The notes below the pieces were generated by a model that searched no databases, was not told the origin of the DNA, and worked only from the letters and a program-made list of their open reading frames with translations. Shown here piece by piece: positions 1 through 10,924 of a stretch of 20,000 nt of DNA (position 1 is its first letter; each line of letters opens with the position of its first letter). A program made the translations under genes and the position numbers. Location of the stretch: positions 11,231,642-11,251,641 of the forward strand of contig NC_057753.1 of the NCBI RefSeq assembly GCF_004010195.1, in the 5' to 3' direction. This DNA comes from Chiloscyllium plagiosum. Its lineage: Eukaryota.

Positions 1-560
1 TAGTCCAGGAACTCCTCACCTACATTTGGGACACACCCTTCAATCCTCCAAGTTTTTCGTTTCCCTGGACCCCAGTGCCTCATCTTCACCATGGACATCC
101 AGTCCCTTTACACATCCATCTGCCATGACGAAGGCCTCCAAGCCCTCTGTTTTTTCCTCTAATGCCATCCCACCCAGTACCCTTCCACTAAGACCATCAT
201 CTGCCTGGCTGAACTGGTCATCACCCTTAACAACTTCTCTTTCTAATCCTCCCAGTTCCTCCAAAGTGGTAGCCATGGGCACCCGCATGGGACCCAGCTA
301 TGCCTGCCTCTTTTTCAGGTACGTGGAACAGACCATCTTCCGCAGTTACACTGGCACCACCCCCTATCTGTTCCTCCGCTACATCGATGACTGCTTCGGT
401 GCTACCTAGTGTTCCCTTGAGGAGATTGAACAGTTCATCAACTTCACTCACACCTTTCACCCTGACCTCAAATTCACTCGGACCATCTCGGACCCCTCCC
501 TCCCCTTCCTGGACCTCTCCATTTCCATGTTCAGCGACCGACTAACCATAGACATCCACT

Positions 561-660
561 GCTTTTATTCCTGATGAAGGGCTTTTGCCAGAAACGTCGA
601 TTTTACTGCTCCTCGGATGCTGCCTGAACTGCTGTGCTCTTCCAGCACCACTAATCCAAA
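561..660 (+). mobile_element. 100-bp PLE terminal-repeat (pLTR) fragment nested in the PLE ORF
   Basis: Flanked by the direct repeat ATCCACT (554-560 and 661-667); removal restores the DIHYKPT motif; homologous to 12011-12108. Confidence 0.85.
571..598 (+). ncRNA. Minimal type-I hammerhead ribozyme motif
   Basis: CTGATGA-A-GGGC-TTTT-GCCA-GAAA-CGTC; palindromic stem III (ACGT), GUC cleavage triplet, one stem II mismatch. Confidence 0.7.
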
Positions 661-1438
661 ATCCACTACAAGCCCACCAACTCCCACAGCTACCTAGACT
701 ACATATCCTCCCACCCTACCTCCTGTAAAAACGCCATCCCTCCTCCTCCACCACATCGGTTCCCAGGATGACCAATCAAATCCCAGGTGGCCTCCTTCTT
801 CCAAGATCACAATTTGCCTTCCCATGTGATCAACAATGCCCTCCAACACATCTCCTCCACTTCCCACACCTCCACCCTTGAACCCCACCTCTCCAAACTC
901 AACAAGGACAGAACCTTGCAGCCCACCAACCTCCGCATGCATCACATCATCCTCCACCACTTCCACTACCTACAAACGGACCTCACCACCAGATGTATTT
1001 GTCCTTTCCCACCCCTATCAGCATTCTGGAGAGACCATTCCCTCCGTGACTCACTCGACGGTGGGACTCACTCCCCCACCAGCCCACACTCCACTCCCGG
1101 CACCTTTCCCTGCCACTGCAGGAAGTGCCAATCCTGCACCCACACCACTCCCCTCACCTCCGTCAAAGGCCCCAAAGGATCCTTCCACATTTGACAGAAA
1201 TTTACCTGTACTTCCACCGATGTCATCTACTGTATCCATTGCATCCGTTGTGGACTCCTCTACATCAGGGAGACAGGATGCCTATTTGCGGATCATTTCA
1301 GAGAACATCTCTGGGCCAATCGCACCAACCAACCCCACCTCCCCTTGGCTGAACACTTCAACTCCCCCCTCCCACTCCACCAAGGACACGCAGGTCCTGG
1401 GCCTCCTCAATCTCCAAACCCTTATCACCCGACACCTG

Positions 1439-1571
1439 GAGATATATGAATAACAAGCGTTGAAAGAGATATGGGCCAAATGCTGGCAAATGGGTCACTA
1501 GATTAATTTAATATATCTGGTCAGCATGGGCAGGTTGTGCTGAAGGGTCTGTTTCTGTGCTGTATGTCTCT
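1439..1571 (+). mobile_element. CR1/HER1 LINE 3' tail fragment
   Basis: gatatgggccaaatgctggcaaatgg...gaagggtctgtttctgtgctgtat; homologous to the CR1 3' end at 7715-7835. Confidence 0.8.
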
Positions 1572-1974
1572 ACCCACCTATTTCAATGCAAGTTTCAGAA
1601 ACACATCTGCAGCTTATTTAAAAAATTGAACAAGTTTTCAGACTTTGACGATGTTTCTGAATATATCATTTTAGCTATTCTTAATTTTAAACATCAGCCA
1701 ACTCTTGCGCATCCTCGTCTCCCAGGTAGAGTCATCACCATCAATTCTTTCTCTTTCTTGAGAAGGACCTGATACGGTGATCAAAGAGGGCTCGAGGCAC
1801 GAGAGAGGATGGGCGGGGGAGAAGGGAGAGAGAATGGAGGACAGAGGGTTGGGGGAGTGACAGCTCAAATCCTACCTTCCTCAGGACTGGTGTCAGTGTC
1901 CCACGAACTGGATCCCACCCCTCCCACAGTAGACTTGGGGCAATCATTTCTCAATATGCACATGGTTAAGGCAG

Positions 1975-2301
1975 TAGAGTCATATAATCGCGCCAGGCCA
2001 TTTGGCCCATCATATTCAGACCAACCTTCCAAACATCACCCGACCGAGACCCACTCATTTACCCTACAGCCCTGCAGTTCCCCATGGCAAACCCACCCTA
2101 ACCTGTACATCTCAGCTCGGCAATCCACCCTAAACTCCAGATCTTTGGGCTGTGGGAGGAAACTGGAGCACCTGGAGATAACCCGTGTAAGATGCAAGGG
2201 TGAGAAAATGTGCCAAAGTCCGCACAGACAGTCACTAGAGGGTGGAATCAAACCTGGCTCCCTGGCGCTGTGTGGCAGCTGTGCTAACCACAGAGCCGCC
2301 C
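1975..2301 (-). mobile_element. Older, diverged HE1-like tRNA-derived SINE
   Basis: Reverse complement starts gggcggctctgtggttagcacagctgccacacagcgccagg and contains tgctccagtttcctcccacag, matching the SINE at 6337-6655. Confidence 0.8.
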
Positions 2302-2906
2302 AGAGCTTTGAAGTTCAGCTTTGTCTTTGTAGCTTCCAACTTCTCATGTGCGCTCAGCACAGCCTCTCTCCTCCTGACATTGTTGGACCACACTCACTGC
2401 AACCTTGCTTTTCCCATTTCGTCAGCCCTGAGCAATCGGTTCCTGAATCCTGGCACCAGACAGACACTGATGCCATCTGGCCTCCTGCTGCCAACTGCAC
2501 AGAACGGAAACAATCCCTGTCACTATTCTGTCCCTTACCACCACCTCTCCCTCTTCAACATTGTTCTTATTCCCATCACCCAGCCAGTCAGCTCCTCCCC
2601 CTCTGCAGCCCTCTCTCAGATCCCCCTTACCTGCCAGACTTGCGTTCAAACCCAACACTGGCCACTCACCCAATCAGAAGCTTCTGTTTGCAGGGGAATG
2701 ACCATCTCCCAGAATAAAGAGTCCAGTTAAATTTCCACCTTTCCCCCCGCAACGTGTCTGCAGCCTGGCTTCCAGCTCTATCTCTCTGAGCCAAAGGTCC
2801 TCCAGCTTGTGTTTACTCTGGATCACAGCATCCAGAGCCACCCACCTTCTGCAAATAGAAAGACAAGTCCCACCCTACCCTCTCCAATATGTTTGCTTAA
2901 TCGTTC

Positions 2907-3775
2907 CTAATGGCCGAGCAGAGGCTGATAGCCAAGGTCGAAAGCCATGAGGATGGCCTCAACCAGGACCTTGGGTTCATGTCACACTACAGGTGATCCC
3001 ACTACACTGTATACTCCCTGACACACAAACACACAAGCACACATACGTGCACACTCTTACATATTCACACACACACAAAGACCCTCTCTCATACACAGGC
3101 TCTCTCTCCAACAGACACACATGCACCCCCCCACACTCACAGGCTTATACTTCATCACATACACACACTTTACCAAGCATGCACACACGCAAACACACAC
3201 TTTCTCAAGCACACACTCACATTCTCTCTCTCATGCACGCACAAACACCCCCCTAAGTCTATGGGGTGAATTTGCATTTGCAGAATTATTTTTGCAGATA
3301 CATTCTATTTTACTCAAAAAGCACACAATCTGCTGGGAGTCAATCCATGTAATATTTTAGAAATTCCTACTTTCGAAATAAAACCAGTCTGACTCAAGAT
3401 TGGGATACAGAAAGACTCTAACCTCACACCTATCATGCACTGTCTGCCCTGAGATGTTATTTCTTTTTTAAACCTGAAGTTACATCGAGAATGTGACTTA
3501 AAAGAGGTTCTGGGATTTACATATTAATGAATTGAAATCTGCTACCTATTGTGAAAATGCAAGAGTTTAGGTTTGTTTAATATATCATTTCAGTTGCATG
3601 ACACTGTAATCGTTTGCGATAAATTCTGTGTCTTGTGATCCTGCTCCACAGCTACCTGATGAAGGAGCAGCACTCTGAGAGCTTGTGCTTCCAAATAAAC
3701 TTGTGGGACTATAACCTGGTGTTGCGTGATTTTTAACTTTGTCCACCCCAGTCCAACACCGGCTTCTCCACATTG
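2907..3775 (+). mobile_element. PLE 3' end (C-terminal ORF remnant, CA-rich tract, pLTR with degenerate hammerhead)
   Basis: Encodes AEQRLIAK..HEDGLNQDLGFMSHY; CA-rich low-complexity tract about 3020-3250; CTGATGA at 3656-3662; a second copy of the family lies at 19045-19791 (-). Confidence 0.8.
3656..3684 (+). ncRNA. Degenerate hammerhead ribozyme motif (GAAA mutated to GAGA)
   Basis: CTGATGA-AGGAGC-AGC-ACTCT-GAGA-GCTT; the paralog at 19102-19130 retains GAAA. Confidence 0.5.
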
Positions 3776-4251
3776 TTTCGAGTGAACACAGCCCACACCT
3801 CCCAGTGCTGCCAGTAAACTTTACAATGCTGATGAAGTGATACAGTACCTGCACTCCTGAAAAATTTACAATTTCTAACGATATTAACTATTCATTCACT
3901 GTTCCTTCTGATACACGACATTGGAAACTTAGTGCTGGAGGCTGAAAGAATTAAGCAGCTTTAAAACAAAAGCCTTTCAATCTCATAGAATTGAATGAGA
4001 GTCTGAGCCCGGCAGTACGATCAGGTAACCTCTATTGTGACCCAACTTTGTTACAGCTTCAGATCTCCCCAGCAAAAAGGCGTAGAAAAAATAGCTTATT
4101 TGTTTTTTTTATATAGGGCCAACCTGACCTCCCAGTCACGGCCCAATTTGACTCCCTTTCTGACATGACCATCCTTGGCTTCCTCTTTTGCCACAGTGAA
4201 TCAGACTGCAGATTGGAGGAACAACATCTCACCTTCCGCCTGGGCAGCCTA

Positions 4252-4401
4252 CTGTCAGGGTGAAAGGAAACGCTGGTAGATATAGGGAATGCTGGATGAC
4301 CAAAGAAATTGAGGGTTTGGTTAAGAAAAAGAAGGAAGCATATGTCAGGTATAGACAGGATAGATCGAGTGAATCCTTAGAAGAGTATAAAGGCAGTAGG
4401 A
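4252..4401 (+). mobile_element. Isolated 150-bp internal CR1 ORF2 fragment
   Basis: 144/150 identical to 5507-5656; no 3' tail. Confidence 0.9.
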
Positions 4402-4656
4402 CCCAACATTGAGTTCTCCAATTTCAAATAATCTGCCTTCCCATTTCCCCGACTCTCTTTCCAGCCACCCCTCTCCCTTCCATTCCTCTGACCGATCCTA
4501 CATCCAGCTACCAAATGGATTCATTCCTCCCATCCACCAACCAGGCTGTACCCTCTACCTGTGTTCACCTATCACTACCTCAGCACTCCACCCCTCTCCC
4601 CACCCAAAATCCTGCCCCTCACCTCCTTACCTGTAGCTCCCCTTACCCCCACCCCC

Positions 4657-4691
4657 AGTCCTGAAGAAGGGTTATACCTGAAACGTTGACT
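4657..4691 (+). ncRNA. Minimal type-I hammerhead ribozyme motif
   Basis: Stem I AGTC/GACT; CTGAAGA core; stem II GGGT-TAT-ACCT; GAAA-CGTT with GUU triplet. Confidence 0.7.
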
Positions 4692-4774
4692 TCTCCACCT
4701 CCTGATGCTACCTGGCTTGTCGTGTTTTTCCAACCTCCTGCTTGTCTACCATCAAAGGTACAGTAGGATATAGA

Positions 4775-5385
4775 AAGGCTGGATTGGAGAAGTGTCAGAT
4801 GTAGTTTAATCCAAGTAAATGAGATGTAATGCATTTTGGGAGGTCTAATGCAAAAGGTAAGTATACAGTATATTTAGGTGTATTGAGATACAGAGGGATC
4901 TTGGAGCACAAGTACATAGCTTCCTGGAAGTAGCAATACAAGTGAATAGGGTGGTATAGAAGGTGTATGGCATACTTGCCTTCATTAGTCAGGGCACTGA
5001 GTGCAAAAGTTGCCATGTCATGTTTCAGCTGTATAAATGTAGTTAGGTCATATTTGGAGTATTGTATACAGTTCGGATCACCACATAATAAGTAGAATGT
5101 GGGCGTTTTGGAGAAGGTGCGAAGAGATTTAACAGGATGTTGCCCAGTTTGGAGTGTTTTCGTGAGAAGGAGATGTTGGACAAACTTGGAATATTTTCAC
5201 TAGAACATTGGAAGCTAAGGGGACGACTTCATAGAAGGATATAAAATTAAGTGAGGCGTGGATAGGATGAATTTTCTTTCCAGTTGGAAATGTCTAAATA
5301 CTAGGGGGGGATAGGTTTAAGTTGAGAAGGGGAATGTTTAAGGAGGTGTGCGAGGCAGGTTTTTCACACAGAGGATGGTAGTTGT
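4775..5385 (+). mobile_element. Old, diverged CR1 LINE 3' ORF2 region
   Basis: Colinear but diverged homolog of 7035-7640 (e.g. gcattttgggaggtctaat, ggagtattgtatacagttc, tttttcacacagagg); many stops. Confidence 0.8.
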
Positions 5386-7835
5386 TGACAGTATTAGGCA
5401 AGAACTTTCAAAAGCTGACTGGGGGCAGATGTTCACAGGCAAAGGGACGGCTGGAAAATGGGAAGCTTCAGAAATGAGATAACGAGAATCCTGAGAAAGT
5501 ATATTCCTGTTAAGGTGAAAGGGAACGCTGGTAGGTGTAGGGAATGCTGGATGACTAAAGAAATTGAGGGTTTGGTTAAGAAAAAGAAGGAAGCATATGT
5601 CAGGTATAGACAGGATAGATCGAGTGAATCCTTAGAAGAGTATAAAGGCAGTAGGAGTATACTTAAGAGGGAAATCAGGAGGGCAAAAAGAGGATATGAA
5701 ATAGCTTTGACAAACAGAATTAAGGAGAATCCAAAGGATTTTTACAAATATATTAAGGACAAAAGGGTAACTAGGGAGAGAATAGGGCCCCTCAAAGATC
5801 AGCAAGGCGGCCTTTGTGTGGATCCACAGAAAATGGGGAAGAAACTAAACGAGTATTTTGCATTAGTATTTACTGTGGAAAAGGATATGGAAGATATAGA
5901 CTGTAGGGAAATAGATGGTGACGTCTTGAAAAAATGCCCATATTACAGAGGAGGAAGTGCTGGATGTTTTGAAACACATAAAAGTGGATAAATCCCCAGG
6001 ACCTGATCAGGTATACCCTAGAACTCTGTGGGAAGCTAGGGAAATGATTGCTGGGCCTCTTGCTGAGATATTTGTATCATCGATAGTCACAGGTGAGGTG
6101 CCGGAAGACTGGAGGTTGGCTAACGTGGTGCCACTGTTTAAGAAGGGCGGTAAGGACAAGCCAGGGAACTATACACCAGTGAGCCTGACCTCGGTGGTGG
6201 GCAAGTTGTTGGAGGGAATCCTGAGGGACAGGATGTACATCTATTTGGAAAGGCAAGGACTGATTATGGATAGTCAACATGGCTTTGTATGTGGGAAATC
6301 ATGTCTCACAAACTTGATTGAGTTTTTTGAAGAAGTGGGCGGCACGGTGGCACAATGGTTAACACTGCTGCCTCACAGCGCCAGAGACCTGGGTTCAATT
6401 CCCGCCTCAGGCGACTGACTGTGTGGAGTTTGCACATTCTCCCCGTGTCTGCGTGGGTTTCCTCCGGGTGCTCCGGTTTCCTCCTACAGTCCAAAAATGT
6501 GCAGGTTAGGTGAATTGGCCATGCTAAATTGCCCATAGTGTTAGGTAAGGGGTAAATGTAGGGGAATGGGACTGGATGGGTTGCGTATCGGCGGGTCGGT
6601 GTGGACTTGTTGGACCGAAGGGCCTGTTTCCACACTGTAAGTAATCTAATCTATAAAGTAACATAGAGGATTGATGAGGGCAGAGCGGTAGATGTGATGT
6701 ATATGGACTTCAGTAAGGTGTTCGACAAGGTTCCCCATGGGAGACTGGTTAGCAAGGTTAGATCTCATGGAATACATGGAGAACTCGACAATTGAATACA
6801 GAACTGGCTCAAAGGTGGTGGTGGACGGTTGTTTTTCAGACTGGAGGCCTGTGACCAATGGAGTGCCACAAGGATCGGTGCTGGGTCCTCTAATTTTCGT
6901 CATTTATATAAATGATTTGGATATGTGCATAAGGGGTAGCATTAGTAAGTTTGCAGATGACACCAAAATTGGACGTGTAGTGGGCAGCGAAGAGGGTTAC
7001 CTCAGATTACAACAGGATCTGGACCAGATGAACCAGAAGTGGCAAATGGAGTTGAATTCCAATAAATGCATGGTGCTGCATTTTGGGAAAGCAAATCTTA
7101 GCCGGACTTATACACTTAATGGTAAGGTCCTGGGGAGTGTTGCTGAACAAAGAGATCTTGGAGTGCAGGTTCATAGCTCCTTGAAAGTGGAGCCGCAGGA
7201 TAGTGAAAGAGGCGTTTGGTGTGCCTTCCTTTATCAGTCAGAATATTGAGTACAGGAGTTGGGAGGTCATGTTGCAGCTGGTTAGGCCATTGGTTAGGCC
7301 CTGTTAGAATATTGCGTGCAATTCTGGTCTCCTTCCTATCGGAAGGATGTTGTGAAACTTGAAAGGGTTCAAAAAAGATTTACAAGGAAGTTGCCAGGGT
7401 TGGAGGATTTGAGCTTTAGGGAGAGGCTGAACAGGCTGGGGCTGTTTTCCCTGGAGAGTCAGAGGCTGAGGGGTGACCTTATAGAGGTTTACAAAATTAT
7501 GAGGGGCATGGATAGGATAAATAGACAAAGTCTTTTCTCTGGGTTGGCGAGTCCAGAACTAGAGGGCATAGGTTTAGGGTGAGAGTGGAAAGATATAAAA
7601 GGGACCTAAGGGACAACATTTTCATGCAGAGGGTGGTACATGTATGGAATGAGCCGCTAGAGGAAGTGGTGGAGACTGGTACAATTGCAGCATTTACAAG
7701 GCATTTGGTTGGGTATATGAATAGGAAAGGTTTGGAGGGATATGGGCCAGGTGCTGGCAGGCGGTACTAGATTGGGTTGGGATAACTGGTCAGCATGGAC
7801 AGGAAGAGTCTGTTTCCGTGCAGTACATCTCTATA
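5386..7835 (+). mobile_element. 5'-truncated CR1/HER1-type LINE, ORF2 reverse-transcriptase region to 3' end (frameshifted)
   Basis: KSPGPDQVYPR, WRLANVVPLFKKG, QHGFVCGKSCLTNL, GVPQGSVLGP, KFADDTK, QFWSP..KDVVKLERVQKRFT, RLRGDLIEVYKIM; broken into several ORFs; ends with a CR1 3' tail. Confidence 0.95.
6337..6655 (+). mobile_element. Full-length HE1-type tRNA-derived SINE inserted in the CR1
   Basis: tRNA-like head (A box GTGGCACAATGG, B box GGTTCAATTCC), CR1-like 3' end with (TAATC)n tail, AAGT duplication at 6333-6336 and 6656-6659. Confidence 0.92.
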
Positions 7836-7997
7836 ACAGCCCAAGGTCCAAATGCACACACTCACCCCAAACCCTACTCACTTCCTTTACTGTTGGTCAG
7901 CTGAGTTGCCTCTTTGTATTGGACCCTTGGCACAGGCTAAACTTGTAGGAAGTATTGCCTCATTCAGCAATTTCAACCTACACATTGTATCCAAGTA

Positions 7998-8085
7998 AGT
8001 TTTCTCCCCCCCTAAAATGGTTTCAACATGAGATTTGGAACTCCAGAATTCTGTCCGACTTCCAATTCCCCCATCTGCCATGAAC
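7998..8085 (-). mobile_element. Fragment of the tRNA-headed SINE attached to the ZNF 3' end
   Basis: Reverse complement ggcagatgggggaattggaagtc...gaaaccattttaggg matches 18038-18110 and 14345-14412. Confidence 0.6.
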
Positions 8086-8446
8086 CAGCTGGTGCCTCCG
8101 CAGGTGGGCGGAGGGGGTGAATCCCTTCCCACACTGAGAGCAGGTGAACGGCCTGCCCCCCAGTGCTGGATCTGCTGGTGGTTCAGCAGCTTAGCTGAGC
8201 ATGTGAACCCCTTCCCACACATGGAGCAAGTGAATGGCCTCTCTTCAGTGTGGACTCTATGGTGGGTCTGCAGATTGCCTACCTGAGTGAACGTCTTCCC
8301 TCACACAGAGCAGGTGAATGGCCTCTCCCTGGTGTGGACCTGCTGGTGGGTCAGCAGGCTGAAAGAATTGATTAATCCCTTACTTCGCTCGGAGCAGATG
8401 AATGGCCTCTCCCTACTGTGAACCCACTGGTGGTTCAGCAGCTAAT
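8085..8446 (-). pseudogene. C2H2 zinc-finger pseudogene, 3' finger array (about 4 fingers)
   Basis: Minus strand reads [84 protein letters not shown]; in-frame TGA, a lost Cys and a frameshift. Confidence 0.9.
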
Positions 8447-8975
8447 GAACTTAAAAGACCCTACGCAGACAACAAGCTAAACAAACTTTATTTACAAAAT
8501 ACCTCACACATTTTGTAACAAACGCTACTTTGACAACCAGGCAGACGACTAGGCCACCAGGATATATGAACATCAACAAGCCACAAAAAGACATGACCCA
8601 CAATCCTACATATAGATGAAGAAGGACACCACTTTGACTGGGACTACATATCCATCCTGGTACAAGCCAAACAGAGACACGCACAGGAATTCATGGAAGC
8701 ATGGCATTCCAACCGGAACTGTCTGAACAAACACATCGAATTGGATCCCATCTATCATCCTCTGATAAAAAAGAACAGTAAATGGCATTACCAACACTAC
8801 GAAACCTAATTACATAAATAGAAAGTGGGACATAGCACCAGCACTTCACCGGAGGCTCACTGATGATGTCACCTAGAAGGTTGACGAAACGTCTGAAAAC
8901 AAACCTTCCAGCTCATCGAGCAAACTTACATCCAGAACCTCAACCTGAGCTACAAATCTTTTCAAAACTCACTAA
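8444..8975 (+). mobile_element. PLE 3' end of a different (Penelope/Poseidon-like) family, inserted in the ZNF exon
   Basis: MNLKDP..., LATRIYEHQQATKRHDP, GHHFDWD..SILVQAKQRHAQEFMEAWHS..NKHIELDPIYHPL; hammerhead at 8860. Confidence 0.8.
8857..8896 (+). ncRNA. Type-I hammerhead ribozyme motif with longer stem II
   Basis: Stem I TCA/TGA; CTGATGA (8860-8866); stem II GTCACC-TAGAA-GGT(T)GAC; GAAA-CGTC with GUC triplet. Confidence 0.75.
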
Positions 8976-9310
8976 TCCTTATGTTCCTCCAGTTGGATCA
9001 GTTGAAGCATGGAGCTCACACAGAACATGAGGGGGGTTTACCTTTCACTAGGAATGGTATTGTTTCTTTTCAGGCTGAATCACTGGCTAATGTTCTTTCC
9101 AAAGTTAGGAGACACCCCATTTGGGCACGTATGGATGTTTTTTCTCGCTCTGTTTCCAGACTTACGGATGTTTGAAATCGGCGTCCACGGGCACAGTTTC
9201 TCTTGATACGTTCAAAGGCCAATAATGTTCAGGTCGTGCTGAACCAGGTGAATCTTTCAGATCTAGACATGAAGTTTAGTTTGAATTTGCTTTATGTGAA
9301 TCAGCCCTTC
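8976..9310 (-). pseudogene. 5' part of the same ZNF exon (degenerate first finger and spacer)
   Basis: Minus strand KPPSCSV*APCFN*SN resembles the first finger; 9223-9290 is homologous to 15323-15388 of the other ZNF copy. Confidence 0.6.
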
Positions 9311-9384
9311 CCTTGCAGCTCTTCGTGAGTAACTGAACAGAGCCACATGTCTTTGAACACATGGAGCTGGATAGTTCAGGGAAC

Positions 9385-9492
9385 TGGAGTGACGAAGAAT
9401 TTGGACCAGACTTGAAACGTTAACTCTGTTTTTCTCCATAGACGGTTCCAGACCTGCAGAGTTCCTCCAGCAATTTATATTTTTGTTGCAGG
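9385..9492 (+). mobile_element. Degenerate PLE pLTR fragment
   Basis: GAAACGTTAACTCTG...agacctgcagagttcctccagcaattt; the hammerhead 5' core is decayed. Confidence 0.6.
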
Positions 9493-9567
9493 ATGTGTTG
9501 CCTGTTCCTTCCTTCCTTCCTTCCTTTGCCTCATCAGCTGGATTGACAAGTTGTGGCTCTCCCCCTA

Positions 9568-9650
9568 CAAAGATGGTAGCTGCGCATGCGCCGCGCTGCA
9601 CATTGTCCCAATAAAGATTGGCGTCTTTAAACCCGAGCCCCCGCCGTGAA
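9568..9650. promoter_or_regulatory. Small CpG-rich promoter-like patch with NRF1-type palindrome
   Basis: GCGCATGCGC palindrome at 9582-9591; opposed CCAAT (9608-9612) and ATTGG (9617-9621); locally CpG-rich; upstream of the minus-strand ZNF relic. Confidence 0.45.
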
Positions 9651-10003
9651 CACGGACAGAGGGAGAGATAAATTCCTTATTGAGGGTTGAAAGACACTTA
9701 CCGAACATGTTCACTAAGACTGCCAGAGCATTCGCTGATTCACCGCTGTTCCCAGGGTGTTGTTTGTGGATCTGGGCAACAATCGTCCCTGCAATGTGAC
9801 AGTAATAGCATTAAATTGGTAAACACACATCTTACCAACATTAAATGTTGCCTCTGGTCATTTGTTCTCCATTATAATGAAATGGCAGATCATGTGTCAG
9901 CATCAACTGCGTCTTGACAGATTGCTGGACGTGGAACAAAAAAAAAAGAGGATTTTTCATGCATTTTAGTTACTACAACATATATCTGTCTACCAAATAT
10001 CTT

Positions 10004-10145
10004 TTTAGATTAGATTAGATTACTTACAGTGTGGAAACAGGCCCTTCGGCCCAACAAGTCCACACCGACCCGCCGAAGCGTAACGCACCCATACCCCTAC
10101 ATTTACCCCTTTACCTAATACTACGGGCAATTTAGCATGGCTAAT
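10004..10145 (-). mobile_element. 5'-truncated HE1-type SINE
   Basis: (TTAGA)n tail and 3' body matching 6517-6655; AATATCTT duplication at 9996-10003 and 10143-10150. Confidence 0.9.
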
Positions 10146-10765
10146 ATCTTGAAGCTGATCATCTGCAAAATGGCATGAAACATTACTTCTGGTGGTGGGT
10201 GTTGGTTTATTCAGCATATAGAATACAGGAATGACTCTTTCTTCAGGTTTCCCATTTGAACCATTAAATATTGCTACCATTTTGGACAGGGAAACTGTCT
10301 AACAGGTCATCTCTGGCCCATGAGCATTTCCGTGGAGTCCACTGACATGAAGCGCCTTTGCAGGTTGCTCCTTGACCCCCCCCAACAGACCACCTGACCT
10401 CTCCCTGTCCTTTAGTCCTCCTCCATGTGTCATCACAATATCCTTCAGGCTGTTGTTGCTGTATCAAGTCTTCTTGTCTAATTGATTCAACACTCCTCCT
10501 CCTTATGTACAGGAATTGCTGCCCAGCCTATATAAGACCTCGATAACAAATAAGTAGACCTGAGTTCCAGATCAAGCCACAACCAAGTGGTTCCATAAGC
10601 TTTCCAAGTGAAGTGAAACACGGCCTAGCCAATGATTCCTCTGAGACACACTGTACAAAGACGTTTCCTAATTTCCCTGCTCGAGATGAATAGAATCCTA
10701 CTCGTTTCACTGTTCTTTAATATGGACGGGTATTGATTCCCCGAGCACTTGACTGTTCTAATTCT

Positions 10766-10924
10766 TTGTTTAGATCAGAGTGGTGCTGGAAAAGCACAGC
10801 AGGTCAGGCAGCATCCGAAGATGGAAAATCGACGTTTCAGGCAAAAAGCCCTCGTCAGGCTTTTCCAGCACCACTCTAATCTAGACTCTGGTTTCCAGCA
10901 TCTGCAGTCCTCACTTTTGCCTCA
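10766..10924. mobile_element. Short PLE pLTR insertion with internal inversion
   Basis: Minus segment 10770-10858 joined to plus segment 10859-10921; TTCTAATTCT direct repeats at 10756-10765 and 10925-10934. Confidence 0.8.
10831..10858 (-). ncRNA. Minimal type-I hammerhead ribozyme motif
   Basis: Reverse complement CTGACGA-GGGC-TTTTT-GCCT-GAAA-CGTC. Confidence 0.7.

Larger units (their letters stand above)
1..1438 (+). mobile_element. Degenerate Penelope-like retroelement (probably Neptune group) ORF fragment: reverse transcriptase plus GIY-YIG endonuclease
   Basis: Translates to RT motifs VAMGTRMGPSYACLF and FLRYIDD (ORF 26..409), LPFLD and DIH/YKPT, a Cys motif PCHCRKCQSC, then VIYCIHCIRCGLLYIRETG...FREH (about 1222-1310). 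Stops at 407-409 and 1192-1194, frameshifts, and an insertion at 561-660. Confidence 0.9.
4107..4750 (+). mobile_element. PLE 3' end (GIY-YIG C-terminus and pLTR), interrupted by a CR1 fragment
   Basis: Encodes LEEQHLTFRLGSL...NIEFSNFK*; C-rich 3' region followed by a hammerhead at 4661. Confidence 0.75.

Noticed and set aside
1809..2717. 302-aa ORF
   Set aside because: Runs through an antisense SINE and low-complexity sequence; no recognisable domain.
2993..3360. His/Thr-rich ORFs (also 19432-19770)
   Set aside because: Translation of the CA-rich tract of a PLE 3' region.
6337..6415. tRNA-like sequence with A and B boxes
   Set aside because: It is the head of an HE1 SINE, not a tRNA gene.
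5458..7770. RT ORFs as a functional or novel RT system
   Set aside because: Ordinary 5'-truncated CR1 with frameshifts, deletions and a SINE insertion.
10150..10745. Short minus-strand ORFs in unassigned sequence
   Set aside because: No motif or homology I can recognise; left unannotated pending BLAST.
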